Shown here piece after piece: positions 63,462 to 64,000 of a stretch of 64,000 bases of DNA. The stretch comes from a virus. Its lineage: Duplodnaviria > Caudoviricetes. Positions within the stretch are counted from its first letter, which is position 1; each line of letters opens with the position of its first letter. Made by a program: the position numbers and the translations under genes. The DNA lies in the IMG/VR virus record IMGVR_UViG_3300002307_000042, positions 1-64,000 of that record, one strand, 5' to 3'. The notes under the pieces were generated by a model. That model was not told the origin of the DNA and did not search any database. It worked only from the letters and a program-made list of their open reading frames with translations.

Positions 63462-64000
63462 TTAAGTCACATACTCTACGCGATATCCTTTAAACCTTCC
63501 TTTAACGAACTGGTTCTTTCCTTTTGATAGCATGATATAAATTGTGTTAATTGAAAGACCCAGTTCGTTACAAACTTCTTTTAAATTACCACAAGACTCA
63601 AATATCTGGCCGGAGTTCGTTGTTATCTTAATTTTCCTAGCACGAGGATTATTACAGCCCGAAACATCATGATGGTTTTTTGATAAGAGATTGCGAGTTT
63701 GTTCAGAATGTACCTTTCCATACCTATGGTGTTTTGGTCCTGTCTTTCCGTACATATGATTATCAGGACCAGTCTGCTTGTAGGCTTTTCCTAACTTCGC
63801 AGTTTTTATAGTATTTGAAATTTTTAATTTTGCGCTGTTTGCTTTAACAGGATCTTTCCAATAAGACCCGTCTCCACCACCAGATTCCGGAATCTTGTTG
63901 GCCCATTCGTTGCTTTCAACTACATTCAATAATTTACTGTAATGGCGGCCCCAAAAGTTCAGTTCAGCTTTTGATCGGCATTCCTTAAGTATAACAGTTT
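63462..64000 (-). CDS. GIY-YIG/Seg-like homing endonuclease C-terminal part with NUMOD3-like motifs; runs off the right edge
   Basis: Frame is open to 64000 (TVILKECRSKAELNFWGRHYSKLLNVVESNEWAN); HMYGKTG...RYGKVHSEQTRNLLS. Confidence 0.75.
   Translation of the reverse strand, partial: TVILKECRSKAELNFWGRHYSKLLNVVESNEWANKIPESGGGDGSYWKDPVKANSAKLKISNTIKTAKLGKAYKQTGPDNHMYGKTGPKHHRYGKVHSEQTRNLLSKNHHDVSGCNNPRARKIKITTNSGQIFESCGNLKEVCNELGLSINTIYIMLSKGKNQFVKGRFKGYRVEYVT

Noticed and set aside
2199-63464. Amber (TAG) recoding, since every stop I checked was TAA or TGA
   Set aside because: Genes up to 18.9 kb are open in the standard code with no in-frame TAG, no suppressor tRNA is seen, and TAG is rare in AT-rich phages.

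Overview
The window is a 64-kb piece of a large T4-related myophage genome, almost all on the minus strand. It holds a terminase large subunit gene broken into two ORFs by an atypically split intein, with a free-standing endonuclease gene between the halves. It also encodes three tail-fibre-like proteins, spanins, thyA and folA, a MoxR-type AAA ATPase with a metallopeptidase/VWA partner, and a baseplate cluster (6309-aa giant, gp6-, gp25-, gp5-, hub-, gp53- and tube-initiator-like genes). A gp55-like late sigma factor lies on the plus strand and a truncated GIY-YIG/NUMOD3-type endonuclease sits at the right edge. The most unusual locus is 18170-23581, which the ORF track explains only in part. 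It contains a circularly permuted (two-piece) tmRNA gene with tag (A)ANDNDFAFALAA, whose 92-nt intervening segment folds as a tRNA-like element with no proper anticodon arm. Directly downstream are a small acidic gene overlapping a RelE/YafQ-like gene and a 1450-aa multi-enzyme protein whose domain borders carry (I/L/V)-x-E motifs like T4 prohead-protease sites. Many late genes have ATG exactly 5 nt after an NATAAATA late-promoter box, implying leaderless mRNAs. Spanins point to a Gram-negative host, and the tmRNA type suggests an alphaproteobacterium (inference). All assignments come from reading motifs by eye; no database searches were run.
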